From Chlorokybus atmophyticus (lineage: Eukaryota > Plantae > Mesostigma and Chlorokybus algae), in contig RHPI01002918.1 of NCBI GenBank assembly GCA_009103225.1, forward strand, positions 3,165-67,164: a DNA stretch of 64,000 nucleotides. Reading direction: 5' to 3'. The notes under the pieces were generated by a model. That model saw only the letters and a program-made list of their open reading frames with translations, was not told the origin of the DNA and searched no databases. A program made the position numbers and the translations under genes. Below are positions 1 to 19,100 of this stretch, piece by piece; the stretch's first letter is position 1; the number at the start of each line of letters is the position of its first letter.

Positions 1-1473
1 CGGATAGCCCTTCCATTTCACTAAGAACTTGCGTACGCCATGCACAAACTTCTCACCAAGGATGTCTTCTACCTCCCACTCGGGTTCACCGTCCGTGCCA
101 ACTTCGGGGGGTGGCCTTTCTGGCGGTTGTCCTCGATATGCTTTCAGAAGGGAGACGTGAAAAACGGGGTGCACACGCATGGTGTCGGGTAGCTCCAACT
201 TGTACGCCACGTCCGAGATAACTTTGCTGACCTTAAATGGTCCCAACCAGCGTTCATTCAGCTTGCGAACTCCCGTACGCACCTGGACGTGCTTCGCGGA
301 GAGTAACACAATGTCGCCTTCCTGAAACGTGAGGTGTCGGCGATGCGCGTCCGCGTACTGCTTCTGCCGATTTTGTGCCACCAATAACGCATCCCTAGCT
401 GCCTTGTTAATGTCCGCGCACTTTGTAAGGAAGTCATTAGCTGCCTCCACACGCACGTCATGTCGTCGCGGTGTCCATGCCGTCAACGGTGTCAATGGAT
501 GTTGCCCGTAGTTCATAAGGAAGGGAGTGACACCTGTGCTTGCATTGTGGTGGTTGTTGATCGCAAACTCAACCAACTCAAGCAGCTCCTCCCAATTGTC
601 TTGTCGCGCGTTAACGTAGCAACGCAGCATGTCCTCGATCACACGGTTGGCCCGCTCCGTTTGCCCATCAGTTTGCGGGTGGAATGCCGTGCTAAACTTC
701 AGTGTGGTACCCAGTGCACTATGCAGCGCCTCCCAAAACTTACTTGTAAAGCGCGGGTCGCGATCATTCACAATGCTTTGTGGTAATCCATGAGAACGAA
801 ATACATGCTTCACGAACAAGCGTGCTGCCTCCGGTGCCGTGCAAGACTCACTACACGGTGCCAAGCGTACCATTTTGCTGGTTTTATCGACGAACACAAG
901 TATAGCGTCGTACCCTTCTTTTGTCTTTGGTAGCCCCGTGATAAAGTCCATGGTAACTTGCGCCCACTTGGACAATGGCACAGGGAGAGGTTGCAGCAAC
1001 CCACCTGGCTTTTGGTTGCTTGCCTTCACCCTTTGGCATGCGTCGCACAACGCCACGTAGTCGCGCACATCGCGATGCATCTCTCGCCAGTAAAAACGCT
1101 GTTTTAAGCTTGCTAAAGTCCTTTCCAACCCTTGGTGACCAGCAATGGGCACATCATAAGCTTCCTTCAGCAACTTCACACGGATATGCGCGACGTTGGG
1201 GATGTACAAGCGCCCATGGTGCCACAGCAGCCCGTCGCGCATTGACCAGTGCCCACTTGTATTCGTAGCTGTATTTTCCAGCTCTTGCAACACTTTCATA
1301 CCCTCCGTGTCTTCACGAAGCACTTGCCGAATCTGGTCGGTCCACTCGGGCTGCACTTGAGCGAGTGCCTCAATTGCATTAAGCCGGCTCAGCGCGTCAG
1401 CAACACCATTTGACGTACCGGGCTTGTACTTGATATCGAAGTCAAAAAGTTGAAAGAACTCAAGCCATAACAT
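1..1473 (-). mobile_element. Ty3/Gypsy chromovirus pol fragment: RNase H C-terminal tail, integrase (zinc finger, DDE, GPY/F) and chromodomain; runs off the window edge
   Basis: Manual translation gives 491 stop-free codons: WLEFFQLFDFDIKYKPG..VADALSRL; AYDVPIAGHQG..CDACQR; TMDFITGLP; VNDRD..HPQTDGQTER (D-35-E); WLGPFKV..YKLELP..VHPVFHVSLLK; EWEVEDIL..FLVKWKGYP. RT and most of RNase H are absent upstream. Confidence 0.95.
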
Positions 1474-2069
1474 TCCCTGCAGTGTGTAATTTTTAAAGGC
1501 AGTTTTCAGCTTGAGTGGGGAAATGAGGGAAAACATGCGGGGCGGTTATATAAGCAAGGCCGTAGTATCTTAGCAAATTAGAATTGTGAATTACATGTCA
1601 TTATTCAACTTTTCACCTTGCCGTTTCTCAAGCCTCGACTTCACTTTTGCCCCGCTTATTACAATTTTAAACTTTATATGTCAAACTTGCTTTTCGCCTT
1701 CACGTACTAGGAAACAATATTATTAATACAAGGCCCTTTAATTGATAAACATACCATATAATGATTAATAGTGCATGTCAATAAATTCACATTGGCTCTT
1801 TCATATCATCGATTAAAACTGTGGTTGAGATGGCAATGATTATATTGAAGTCTCACGGATTGTGCGCATTTATAACAAGTTGCATGCAAACCACATATTT
1901 GTAAATGATGATATTAAATTACAAAAAGTCGGTCTTAACGGTTGCAAGAAATAGAACTGCATAAGCTAATTTGAGCCATTGATTGGCACACCACATCAGA
2001 GCAAAGATAATATTCGACTTGTCATTTTATTATGCATATCACAACGAGGTACACACAACAAGTTGTATG

Positions 2070-2613
2070 TAGAGCTGGGGCCATATCTAGGGTTGGGCAT
2101 AACCAAACAAACAACGAACAAAGATCTGAACAATAGTATTTATTTGGGGTTTATATAACCTTATTTTGTTTTTGCAAAACAAAATAAGCGACAATCTACA
2201 ATGACAGCAAACGAACATTTAATCACGAACAATGTTGCAAACGCAATCTTTGATAACACGTACATAATTAAAAGGCATACAATTATCAACATGCAATTAC
2301 ATGCACTATTCAACAAGCATTGCATCATTAAGGGCATGTATTTTGCCAGACAACATGTACATGGAAGCGTGTATTGGACATTGATGTACGTGGAGTCATT
2401 CTGCGTCACTAACTACGCAGAGTCACGCATTAATACAGCGTGACTATGCGTGATATTACGTGACTGCAAAAGGTTCGTTCCCTATATGCGCCATGAACAA
2501 GAACGTTTTTCCAACACTTATTTCGTTCAAATACACCACCATTGATGTAAGAACAAACGGAACGGTTTTGTTACTTCTTTGTGACAGAACATAATTGTTA
2601 TGTCCCAGCCCTA
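2070..2613. mobile_element. Non-autonomous hAT-type DNA transposon (MITE), 544 bp
   Basis: Perfect 8-bp target-site duplication GTTGTATG at 2062-2069 and 2614-2621. Imperfect TIRs: TAGAGCTGGGGCCATA on the left and TAGGGCTGGGACATAA (reverse complement) on the right. AT-rich, non-coding interior with hairpins. Confidence 0.8.
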
Positions 2614-3026
2614 GTTGTATGCCGACTTATAACCTGCAACCTGCAGGCTGTTACGGTCCTCAGAGCCTGCAGGGTGCTGGAAGGTCTTAGGACTTTACCA
2701 TCTGCAAGCTGAGGGTTTATTTGCGCCGTGCTGTTGCAGGCGTTTCCCCATCCAGGACCACAGTATCAGGCTGAAGGTCCTGCACCAGGACCTCCAGCCC
2801 CATTGGGTGGACAAAGGGTCAGATTCGGCCGGTCAATAACGAAACGGAAGGTCAATGCCCAACCCATGATTGACGTGATTGCAGTGGACAAACTGAATCA
2901 AAGCACTGGGCAGTGTTTCACTGTCGAGGTATTGATTCATTTCGGACGTGAATCAGTGAGGGGGTGAATAAACATCGATTCAACGTGCGCACGAATAAGT
3001 GAATCAATCGTGTTGCGGTCTGGTCA

Positions 3027-4636
3027 ATGGCAGGCATGGCGGCGGCGGCAGCGGTGGCGGTGGGCGGGGTGTCGTCATCGGCGTCGTTGTCATCATCATC
3101 ACCTTCGCCATGGTTGCGCCGTCCGTCTGGTCGCCGACTGGAGCGCAAGCGCGGCGCCGTGTCAATCGTGGCCAGGGTCGCGGAGCCCGCCCCTACCGCC
3201 GCCGCCTCTACCTCCACCTCCACCTCCACCGCCACCAGCAACAAGAGCGGCGGCTGGATAAACAGGTTGATTGAGACCGTTGCGCCCAAACCTAAAGTGG
3301 AAGAATGTCCAACAGACCAGATGGACGGCAAGCTCCGCATTGTAAGTGCCACGCTGCAGGCTACTGTCTGAATCTGGCTTGGTCTGGTCTGGCCTGGCCT
3401 GGCTTGTTAGCCTGTGCGTGTGGAGTTGAAACCCCAACCGTGGAACCGCAAGTCTCAACTTGACAAGATCTCGCAAATGCAGTAGAATTCTCTCGCTCAA
3501 ACTGCAATGCTTTCGACTGTTGTTTACAGCATTATAGTTTGAGCGATCAGGAGCATGAGGCGTTGCACACTGTGAAAAACCAATGATTGTTGTAGCAATC
3601 ACTGGTCATTTAAGATTGCTACCACAATTACTGGTTGTTTAGGATGACCAGTTATTGTTATAGCAATCACTGGTTATCTTGCGTTGCGGTTGTGATTATG
3701 CACACGCGCAAAGCAATGACTGATTATCTTAGGAAACCAGTTATTGCTACAATGATCGGTTATCGATTCTGTGACATTGCGTTTATGACATAGTGCACTC
3801 GCACAATGCCATGACATCACTCAATCTGCCTGCATACAATGGCCCCAATCACTCCTAATCTCCTCTGCCCCAAATCTCCAAATCAGCAAATAGATGCCAT
3901 GTATGCGGAGATTGCCAAGCGTCGCGCATTGCCTGCCTCTCGCCCCCAAATGCAGCCACAGTTGCGCAGCACGCGGCTGGTAATGTGGTTAACACACAAC
4001 TCACACAAACACATTGTCCGCGTTCATGAAACCATTGGCATTGTCGTAACAACAGGTTTGCAGTGAGGAGGAGTTTGATGAAGTATTGCATCAAAATAAG
4101 GAGCGTTTGGTGGTGCTGGACTGCAGCATGACATGGTGCGGACCATGCAAGATGGTGTACCCTAAGTACAAACTGTTTGCTGAGAACTACAAGGACGCCG
4201 TATTCTTGTACGCTAATGGCGACTCTACAGCCTCCACTGCGGTGCGTGTAATGTGTGCTTCTCTGTGTTGTTTGTTTGTGTGTGATGTTCTCGTTGCATT
4301 CTGTCGTGTGGCCTTGCCTCATGTTGTAAGCCTTATACACATGTAACATGCAGTAAGCTAAGTAGAGTGTTATTCCCCACACTCCTGCACTTGCCTGCTC
4401 TGTTCATTCGTGCACTGCAAACATGGAACTTTGATCAGGCATTAGACACTCACTTCTGAACTCAAGTGATGTGTGGTATTGTTGGCCAGGCGTTGTTTTC
4501 AAAGTTAGGAGTGCGAGAAGTGCCTGCGTTCTACGTGTTCCGGGACGGCAAGCTGGTTCACAAGCACACGGGCACAAACCAGGCAACATTGCGCACGGCT
4601 ATCATATCGCAGTTGAAGCCAGGGGAGGCGCGATGA
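3027..4636 (+). CDS. Plastid-targeted thioredoxin (WCGPC; f-type/CDSP32-related), 3 exons: 3027-3341, 4056-4241, 4490-4636
   Basis: Ala/Ser/Arg-rich transit-peptide-like N-terminus, then VVLDCSMTWCGPCKMVYPKY..NGD..LGVREVPAFYVFRDGK. All three exons join in phase 0 at GT-AG sites. Confidence 0.9.
3590..3755. repeat. Cluster of direct and inverted copies of a ~14-bp motif (TAGCAATCACTGGT / ACCAGTTATTG) in thioredoxin intron 1
   Basis: Motif near 3594 and 3661; inverted copies near 3647 and 3736. Confidence 0.5.
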
Positions 4637-5460
4637 CGCATGCACCATCTTGTAACTGTGTCTGAATGCGTATTGTCATAGCTTCGCTGCGTTGTCAGGT
4701 TGCGTGTTGCTGGGGGCATACACGAGCAGCAGTTGGTCAATTGGCAGGCGCATACTGTACTGTACTAGTGTATTGTATCATATTGTGCTAGCAGGCAACA
4801 AATTAGCCTGCCTCACAAAGTAGCAGTGACCAGTTAGTCTATTATGATGGTGTCCAAAAACAAAAACGTCGATTGCAGCTGTGTCCCTTGCCTGCAGTTG
4901 AAATGCAGGCTCAGCAACATATGCTATCTTGCTTGTCTCATTCTTGCACCAACACTAAGTTGTACCACACCTACTCCCTAGCCCGTTTGCTTGGTTGCTT
5001 GTGTGTGTGATATTGTGTAGCGCTTGCTGTTGCTGGTAGCTGCTATTTTATTGCCAGTCTTGCCATTGTCCTTGCACGTGCTATTGTCGTATGTTGAACA
5101 CAATGAAGGCTTGGCAAGTGCATGATTGGTGGTCGCTGCAATGAGCATGTGCTGTTGTTCACACACTGCGCACATGTATGGTGTGGCCCACTTCAACATC
5201 TGGGCGGCATGCTGTCTTTGCTGACCATTACCACATCATCAACTGTGCATGCAGTCATCATTTGCACAGTCTTGCTAGTCTTTGCCTATGCAGTGTGCAC
5301 AGCATCAAGCGCATTGCTCCCAACATCAGCACATTGAGCCATGTACTTGAATTAAGGTACTGTTAGAAGTCAGGCTTGCAGGGTGACAAGCGATATGTCA
5401 AAGGTGCGAGCGCGTATAAGAAAAATCAAGGATGTATATGGACATATGAGAGAAAGTGCG

Positions 5461-12675
<7,215 letters not shown>

Positions 12676-14438
12676 GGCTGCGACGCCGTGGCCGTCAGAT
12701 CCGGCGCAACCACCCCACCAGCGCTATCCAGCACCTTCGCTCCCTTGCTCCTCCCCTAGGCCCCGTCCTAACCGTCGCCGCCTCCGCGGCGGCCGACGAC
12801 GCCGCCACCCTCGCCGATGACACCGCCCAGCAGCAGCACCAGCGTCTGTAGCGTCCTGCAGCACTGTTGCTGCACCCTAATCTGGCTGCTCGATATCCGT
12901 CGTGCTGCCTCGGACATCGAACGCTGTCACTGTCACGGATGCCGATAAAGGGAAAACTGAGATGTACTCCTCGCAAGTGCGCGATATTGCACAGCAAGGT
13001 TTGAAAGTTCAAACGCCCCGGGCATTCGCGCCCAACTGTTCCTGCCAAAGGCGTGCACGTACACGGCAGCCTGCACTCCACAATGTTACAGGCTTTGATG
13101 GCGCAAACTTTGCACTGCATACGAGAACTCAGCGATTATTAACCTTAAGATTGTACTGCCTATACGTACGGTTGACAGTTCCGACAATACGAGAGCAATG
13201 TGTATTGTTTCAGATGCTTCATTGCTATTGTTGTTATGTTATGCTATTATTGCAACTGTTGCAATGATGTCAATGTTTAAACAGTGGTGCTGCCACAAGC
13301 ACAACAGATTGTAAGCAAACATTACTGCAATACATCCTTATTTATGTTGTTACGTTTGGTAGCATAAACTTACATCAATAATATCTAACATAATTGCCAT
13401 TGCCAATCAAATGATCAATGATAGGTCTTGGACATCGGCAATGTATAGGGCTTGTTGAATGCATGTATACGTGGTGCTGCATCACACATGCTGATATATA
13501 TGCGCACTTGGTTGCTGCACATGCTACAGTCATATGCACACGCTCAAAGCATTCACCATTATCTTCATTTTTACACCACCGCCAGGCTATGTGCTCTACC
13601 TACTCAGTCTAGCTACCCTCCACATGCACAGCCCCGAACAATGTATATGTAACAATTGATGTATGTTTATTATTATCTCTTATGATACATCAATATCAAA
13701 GACATTAAGATATTGGTATCGTAATGATCATTGTGTAATTGCACAATCAACTGTTGACAGGCGGTATCAATAAAGCATGCATGGTTACAAAAGTCTCGAC
13801 TTATGATAAGCTTTTCTGCCATGGTAGTAATGCGTCATATGACTAAACATATGTGCTGGGCCCACCACATCCGATGGTGATGTTATGATCCTCAATACTC
13901 ATTACGCAATGGCTATTGAGACAAAAAGGCTTAAGTTTATTGTTGTGCAACAATTGAATCAAAAAAGACTTTAAGACTTGAATTATGTGCAAAACAAAGT
14001 ACATAAATATCAATGTGTACTTTATGTTAATAGGTCCCTTGTGAAGTCAATGTTGTCACGTGACGGCCTAATATTGCGTGCAAGCCACAAAACACATACG
14101 ACATACTAAAAAACCCTATCCTTATATGAACCCACTCTCCACCCTCCCCGACCATGCACGAGCTAAATGATCAAGGAATCATACGATATGAACGCACTGA
14201 AGGTCTCCGAAAACTGCGCACGGTTTATAGAATACTATTCAACACCGGACCATGTGACGCAACATGTTAATATATTCAAAAAAACTCAGGCTTGACATAC
14301 CATCTATGTGTACATATAAGGGGAAGCAAATAGCATTGTGAAAGGCAGGTCAACCAGCAGTCATCCAGCAAACGACCCACCCCACTCGGAGTACATAATG
14401 ATACAGGCTAGCTACGCGCGCTGAGAGGATACTTGTTG

Positions 14439-15720
14439 TCACCGTCTAGGCAGAGTTAAAACCACATCCACCTTCCTTCTGCCCCACTGCCTGGCCGCAG
14501 CATGCGTACGGTAGTAAATGTCAATGATGTCTGGACCCCTATCACAACACCCGGTGAGCTGAACAATGCTGAACACATGCAACGTTACCAACCTTGCCAT
14601 ACAACCGCGCACGTGCAGCAGCTCTTACCTTATGGCACCACCCCTATCCTCCACCCTGCCCCAACCCCAGCCTGGCACGTGCATGCGTGTGCCAAAGGGG
14701 TAGTAAGTTGTGTCCGCCGCTATAGTACCCACCTGAAAGCAGTCGCCAAGTGATGTAACTAAGGCACAATTGCAAATGCTGGGCACATATGTGCAACTAA
14801 CCACTGCATCCCCTTCCAACCACTTGTACCTCATAGCACAAAGCAACAAATTGTTAAGGAGGTTTGGACTGCACTTACTGTTGGTTCTTGCAATCTGCGC
14901 ACCAGCTGCCAAGGCCGGATAAGCAGCGCAACGCACTCCATCAGGCCGAGCGGTCTTCGTGGGCGAGTGAGACTGGCAGTAAGACCGTCATAGCGACGGC
15001 CTGTAGTGGTGAACTTCTTTAACCCAAAGCCTGGGGGCTTACTACTGGCAGCTGTGTGCGACATAAGTTGGTAGGCAAAGCTTATGCACCACGCAACAAC
15101 GAGGCTATATTGCCTGCTACATGGTAGAAGACAGGAAGAACGGAGGTTAATCACATACGAACCTCTCACCTGGCTGGCGTACTGCTAGGTGCGGGTGTAT
15201 GGCGAAGTACACGGGCAAGCCGGGAAGGACAAGCGCCCACTCCCATGAACAGCACTGCAAACAAGGCCGGACTGTCAAGCGTACACTCAAGCCGAGTAGC
15301 TGCGACGACTGAGCAGGCTGCGAGGTGGATTAGCAACTACAAAACTGCATGTCAGCAGATATGTAGTGACAGGGCTGCAGCGCTTGGTTTGTAGTGCCAA
15401 CAGCTGACTATAAGACGCGCACACCACTTTGCAACATGTGCATGCAACGAAATCAGCGTACAGAAAGCGGCCTGGTTATTGATCACTTGGAGCACTTGGA
15501 GCAAAAGCCAACAGCTGGTTCAAGCGCAGCAGCTTCGGGGGGGCGGGGGGGTGTTCAAACTGCTGTTAGATTGACTTCCGCTGAGCGACGCGGTATAGGA
15601 GCTAGCAACATTGGTTTCAACAGTGATGACAGCAGCAGCAGCAGCAGCACCAGCTTACTTCACCTGCTGGCAGCTGCAGTACGCTGTGACCGTCAACCGC
15701 CGCCGCTGCTCAGCCGCCAT
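14439..15720 (-). CDS. 3D-domain (Asp-Asp-Asp, MltA-like) protein, ~173 aa, 5 exons: 15720-15664, 15254-15170, 15051-14879, 14732-14629, 14538-14439
   Basis: Spliced product MAAEQRRRLTVTAYCSCQQCCSWEW..GRRYDGLTAS..GTIAADTTYYPFGTRMHVPGWGWGRVEDRGGAIRGPDIIDIYYRTHAAARQWGRRKVDV. Exon phases are consistent; three aspartates lie in AAD, EDRGG and IDIY. Confidence 0.85.
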
Positions 15721-15821
15721 AACAGCTTTCACTGAGAAAAGCACAAGCGAAGTGGCAAACGTCTGTTACAAACTGGGTGGTACCAATCAAGCTTTGCACA
15801 AAACAGGCCCAAGCTTGGCCT

Positions 15822-15847
15822 GAGCTGGGCCTGGCCAGGCCCAGCTC
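15822..15847. promoter_or_regulatory. Perfect 26-bp palindrome containing site-II-like TGGGCC/GGCCCA, between divergent genes
   Basis: GAGCTGGGCCTGGCCAGGCCCAGCTC is its own reverse complement and lies ~100 bp upstream of the 3D-gene ATG. Confidence 0.5.
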
Positions 15848-16159
15848 CAAGCTCTCGGCAGCCGAGCACTAACGTGGCACTGTGCAGGCAAGTCTAAATA
15901 CAGCGTCGGAATACGAGCTATAGTAGATACCTGCCGTCACTGCGTTGCACATCAGATACCGAGTGTATGTGCGGAAGCCATGTAGCATTAGCTTCAGTCA
16001 TAACGCACGTAATAAACCCTAGCTTGCGGACTAACCCATCACTAAGCTGCGGCGGCAGCGCAGGAGGTGGAGGAGGACGGGGACGAGGAGCTGCGGGTGC
16101 AGGTGCAGGAGAATTTGCTACGCAGGGATGTCGTGGGCGGCTGGCAGCGAAGCACGCAG

Positions 16160-19100
16160 ATGAATCCGCCCTATCAGGAGGACCCTGGGGTTAGCGGATC
16201 GGAGCAGCCTGTTGAGGAGGACGAGGGCAGCCCTCATGCGGAGCACAACCACCATCAGGTAGCCGCCCTTGCTTGCAGCATACACAAGGTATACACAAAC
16301 ATTTGCAGCAGTTCCTCTGCTTATTGTAGGTTGGGTAGATCTGCTGCACCTGTTCTGCATACACAGTTGCTTTCGGCGACGATTGTTTGCCACCTGTGTT
16401 GGTGTGCACCCGAGTCTAACTGTGACGCAAGGTACTTTGATGACTGTGACTACTCATGTGTCAGTTGACACTCGCATGCGCTTAGCACGGCGACTATATG
16501 TGCAGCTTAACTTGTTGCTTTTCGATTGCAATGCGCTCCACTCTAGTATACGCAAGCACGATGTCAATCGATTCGTGTGCATTGCAGGTGGTATACCAGG
16601 ACGTTGTCTATCAGGATGAGGCGCACATGGAGTACCGAGAGCATCGGGACACAGATCAGGCATACGATAGGCATCCCATGCATGAAGAACAAGCGTACAA
16701 TGTAGCGGAAGGTCACTATGCCCCGGCAGAACAAGAGGTGACTTGTTGTGTGCTGTCACACCTGGTTTAGGGTTGATGCTGCACAATGCACGCACCAGTG
16801 TCTTGACATTAATGCATGCGACACGGATCAGGATCGCGAAAGATCAATAATCTCACTTACAATCCAGTTTAAGACATGGTATGCCATGTTGTCATTGTGT
16901 TTCAGTTGCAGCATAAGCTACGAGTCAAATACAGTGACGGCAGTGTCAGATTGCGTTGTTTGCGCGCATGCCTGGACTGTTGTGGTCAAGTGAGTTGTCA
17001 TTTTGCAGGCGTACCATGAAGGTGAACCCCATGCACACCATGAGGGTTATGAGGACAGTCAGCATGTTCAGTATGAGCAGGATGTGAACGGACAGATATA
17101 TGGGGACGCACATGGCGACGTTTGTCACCAGGATGCTGATCAGGTATACCTGACATACCATATCATTCACAGTATTGCGTGATCCGGTTACAGCCTATGA
17201 CAGAAAGCATATCGTACTTAGGTGTATGCTTCAGATGCTCATGGCCAACAAGAGTATGCACAAGAAGAAGGCACTCACCCGCAGTATGCTCAAGAAGCCA
17301 ACCCAGGCCAGTCTGGGTATGACCCACGCCAGTCTAGATACGAGCAAGAAGGTCCCAGCCATCCCCAATACACCCAAGAGGACCACAGCCAGCGCCAGTA
17401 CACGCAGGAGGACCCAAGCCAGCTCGGATACCCGCAAGCAGAGGACCCAAGCCAGCCCGAATACCCGCAAGCAGAGGACCCAAGCCAATCGCACTACGTG
17501 CAAGAAGACCCCAGTCAGCCACAATATGCACAGGAAGACCCGAGCCAGCAGGAGTACACGCACAACGACTCCACCCAACAGGAGTATGCATCCGAAGAGA
17601 TTCATCAGGAGTATGCGCATGAGGATGCAAATCAGTCGTATGCACCTGATACCGGGCAGAATTACGTAGATTATGCAGAGGTATGTATGTGTTAGGATAT
17701 GATCGCTGTGCTGTACGCTTGCGCCAGTCCTGCATGAAGCACAGTGTTTGCAAGCAACGTAATTTCATACATGCGTGTGACGCCTTTGAGTTTTGCAGGT
17801 GGATCCCGATCACCAGCAGGGTCAACAGGAGCAATACCTGCCAGAGCAGCCCGTAACTGCACAAGTGGCATATGAGTATGATCACCAGGTCAGTATGTAA
17901 TGCAGTGCAAGAGTCTTGCTGGACAGCTTCACCACAACGTTTCTAGCGCAGTGCATTTTGCTTGAAACCGCACACCAGTGATGTTGTTGTCATCACTTAA
18001 TACTGATTTGTTGCAGGGCCAGGAGTTGGTGGACGCAGAACCCATCGCAGCAGAGCCAGACCATCCGCACCAGTTGCAGTGTTACTCTCCTGCATTGGAG
18101 GTGTGTGCAGTGTGGTGGGCATTCATGGTGTGTCCATCTCCAGCGCAGGCGCGTGAACAGATCTTTTGCAATCCTTGTTCAGGAAGCGCAAGAATTGCCC
18201 GAGAGGCGGTTGATTCCAGGTCGCGTGTGGCGCGTGCCACCTTTGCCATCATCGCGGCAACCCGCAAGCACAGAGCCAGAGCAGGCGGGCATGGATGGCG
18301 CGCCAGCAGAGCCAGCGCAGGCTGGCCAGCTGACAGGCTGGGGCGGGCATCCCATACCTTATGCCACAGTTGTCACAGCACCTGTGAAGCAGGCCACTGC
18401 TATCTGGGGTGCAAGGCAGGTATGTGAATTTTGAGTGCAGTTTGTTCTTTCGACTACTCCTGGTTTGGCTCAGTGGTTGTGCGCATGGCGAGTGCAAACC
18501 ATGTGTAAAGGTGCTGTTGCAAATGCAGGTGAGGTACATAAGACACACGGAACCGGAGCCTTTGAAAGGGAAACGGGTGGAGAAAAGGCCGTTTGAGGCT
18601 GCACGGCAGTTTGTTTGGAGTTTGCAACTGCCCAGCAGATTGGACTATCAGGTGCAGCATTCAGGACGTGCGCACTTGCACTACATCTTGTGAAAACAAG
18701 TGCTGAAGGTGTCCTCAATCAGGACTGGGCGAACTCTAGCGAAAGGCCACCCGACATTCCCAAGAATCCGGACACCGCATATGCCAACCGTGGTTGGGTA
18801 TCGTGGCCTGACTGGCTTGGCACCGGCCTAGGTGTTCCCGCAAGAGTCCGCAAACGCACAGCTGATGAGTATCGGTGAGTTGCCCAATCTGAGCTCTTGT
18901 ACTTGTTGGACTGTTGGTTTGTTTGTAGTAGTGCAATCAGTCGTCATTGACTGGACTCATGCTGGGCCCAGACCTTTTGAAGAGGCACGGCAGTTTGCAT
19001 GGGCTATGGGTTTCGCAAGCAAAGACCAGTTTCGCCAGTGGTCCAAAAGTGGGGAACGGCCGCCTGATTTTCCCGGAAGACCTGACATGGTGTACGCTTC

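Noticed and set aside
258-1268. Several short listed ORFs
   Set aside because: Alternative frames or antisense of the integrase ORF, which the track missed because it runs off the window edge.
2855-2865. ATGCCCAACCC, inverted match to GGGTTGGGCAT at 2090-2100
   Set aside because: Only 11 bp and no TSD; the 2070-2613 boundaries have a perfect TSD and explain the element better.
3568-3795. CACTG..TAGTG as possible CACTA element ends in thioredoxin intron 1
   Set aside because: No 3-bp TSD and no extended TIR match; kept only as a repeat cluster.
12695-13267. ORFs of 121-141 aa upstream of the ArfGAP start
   Set aside because: No recognisable motifs or consistent exon chain; probably GC-rich 5' UTR or promoter.
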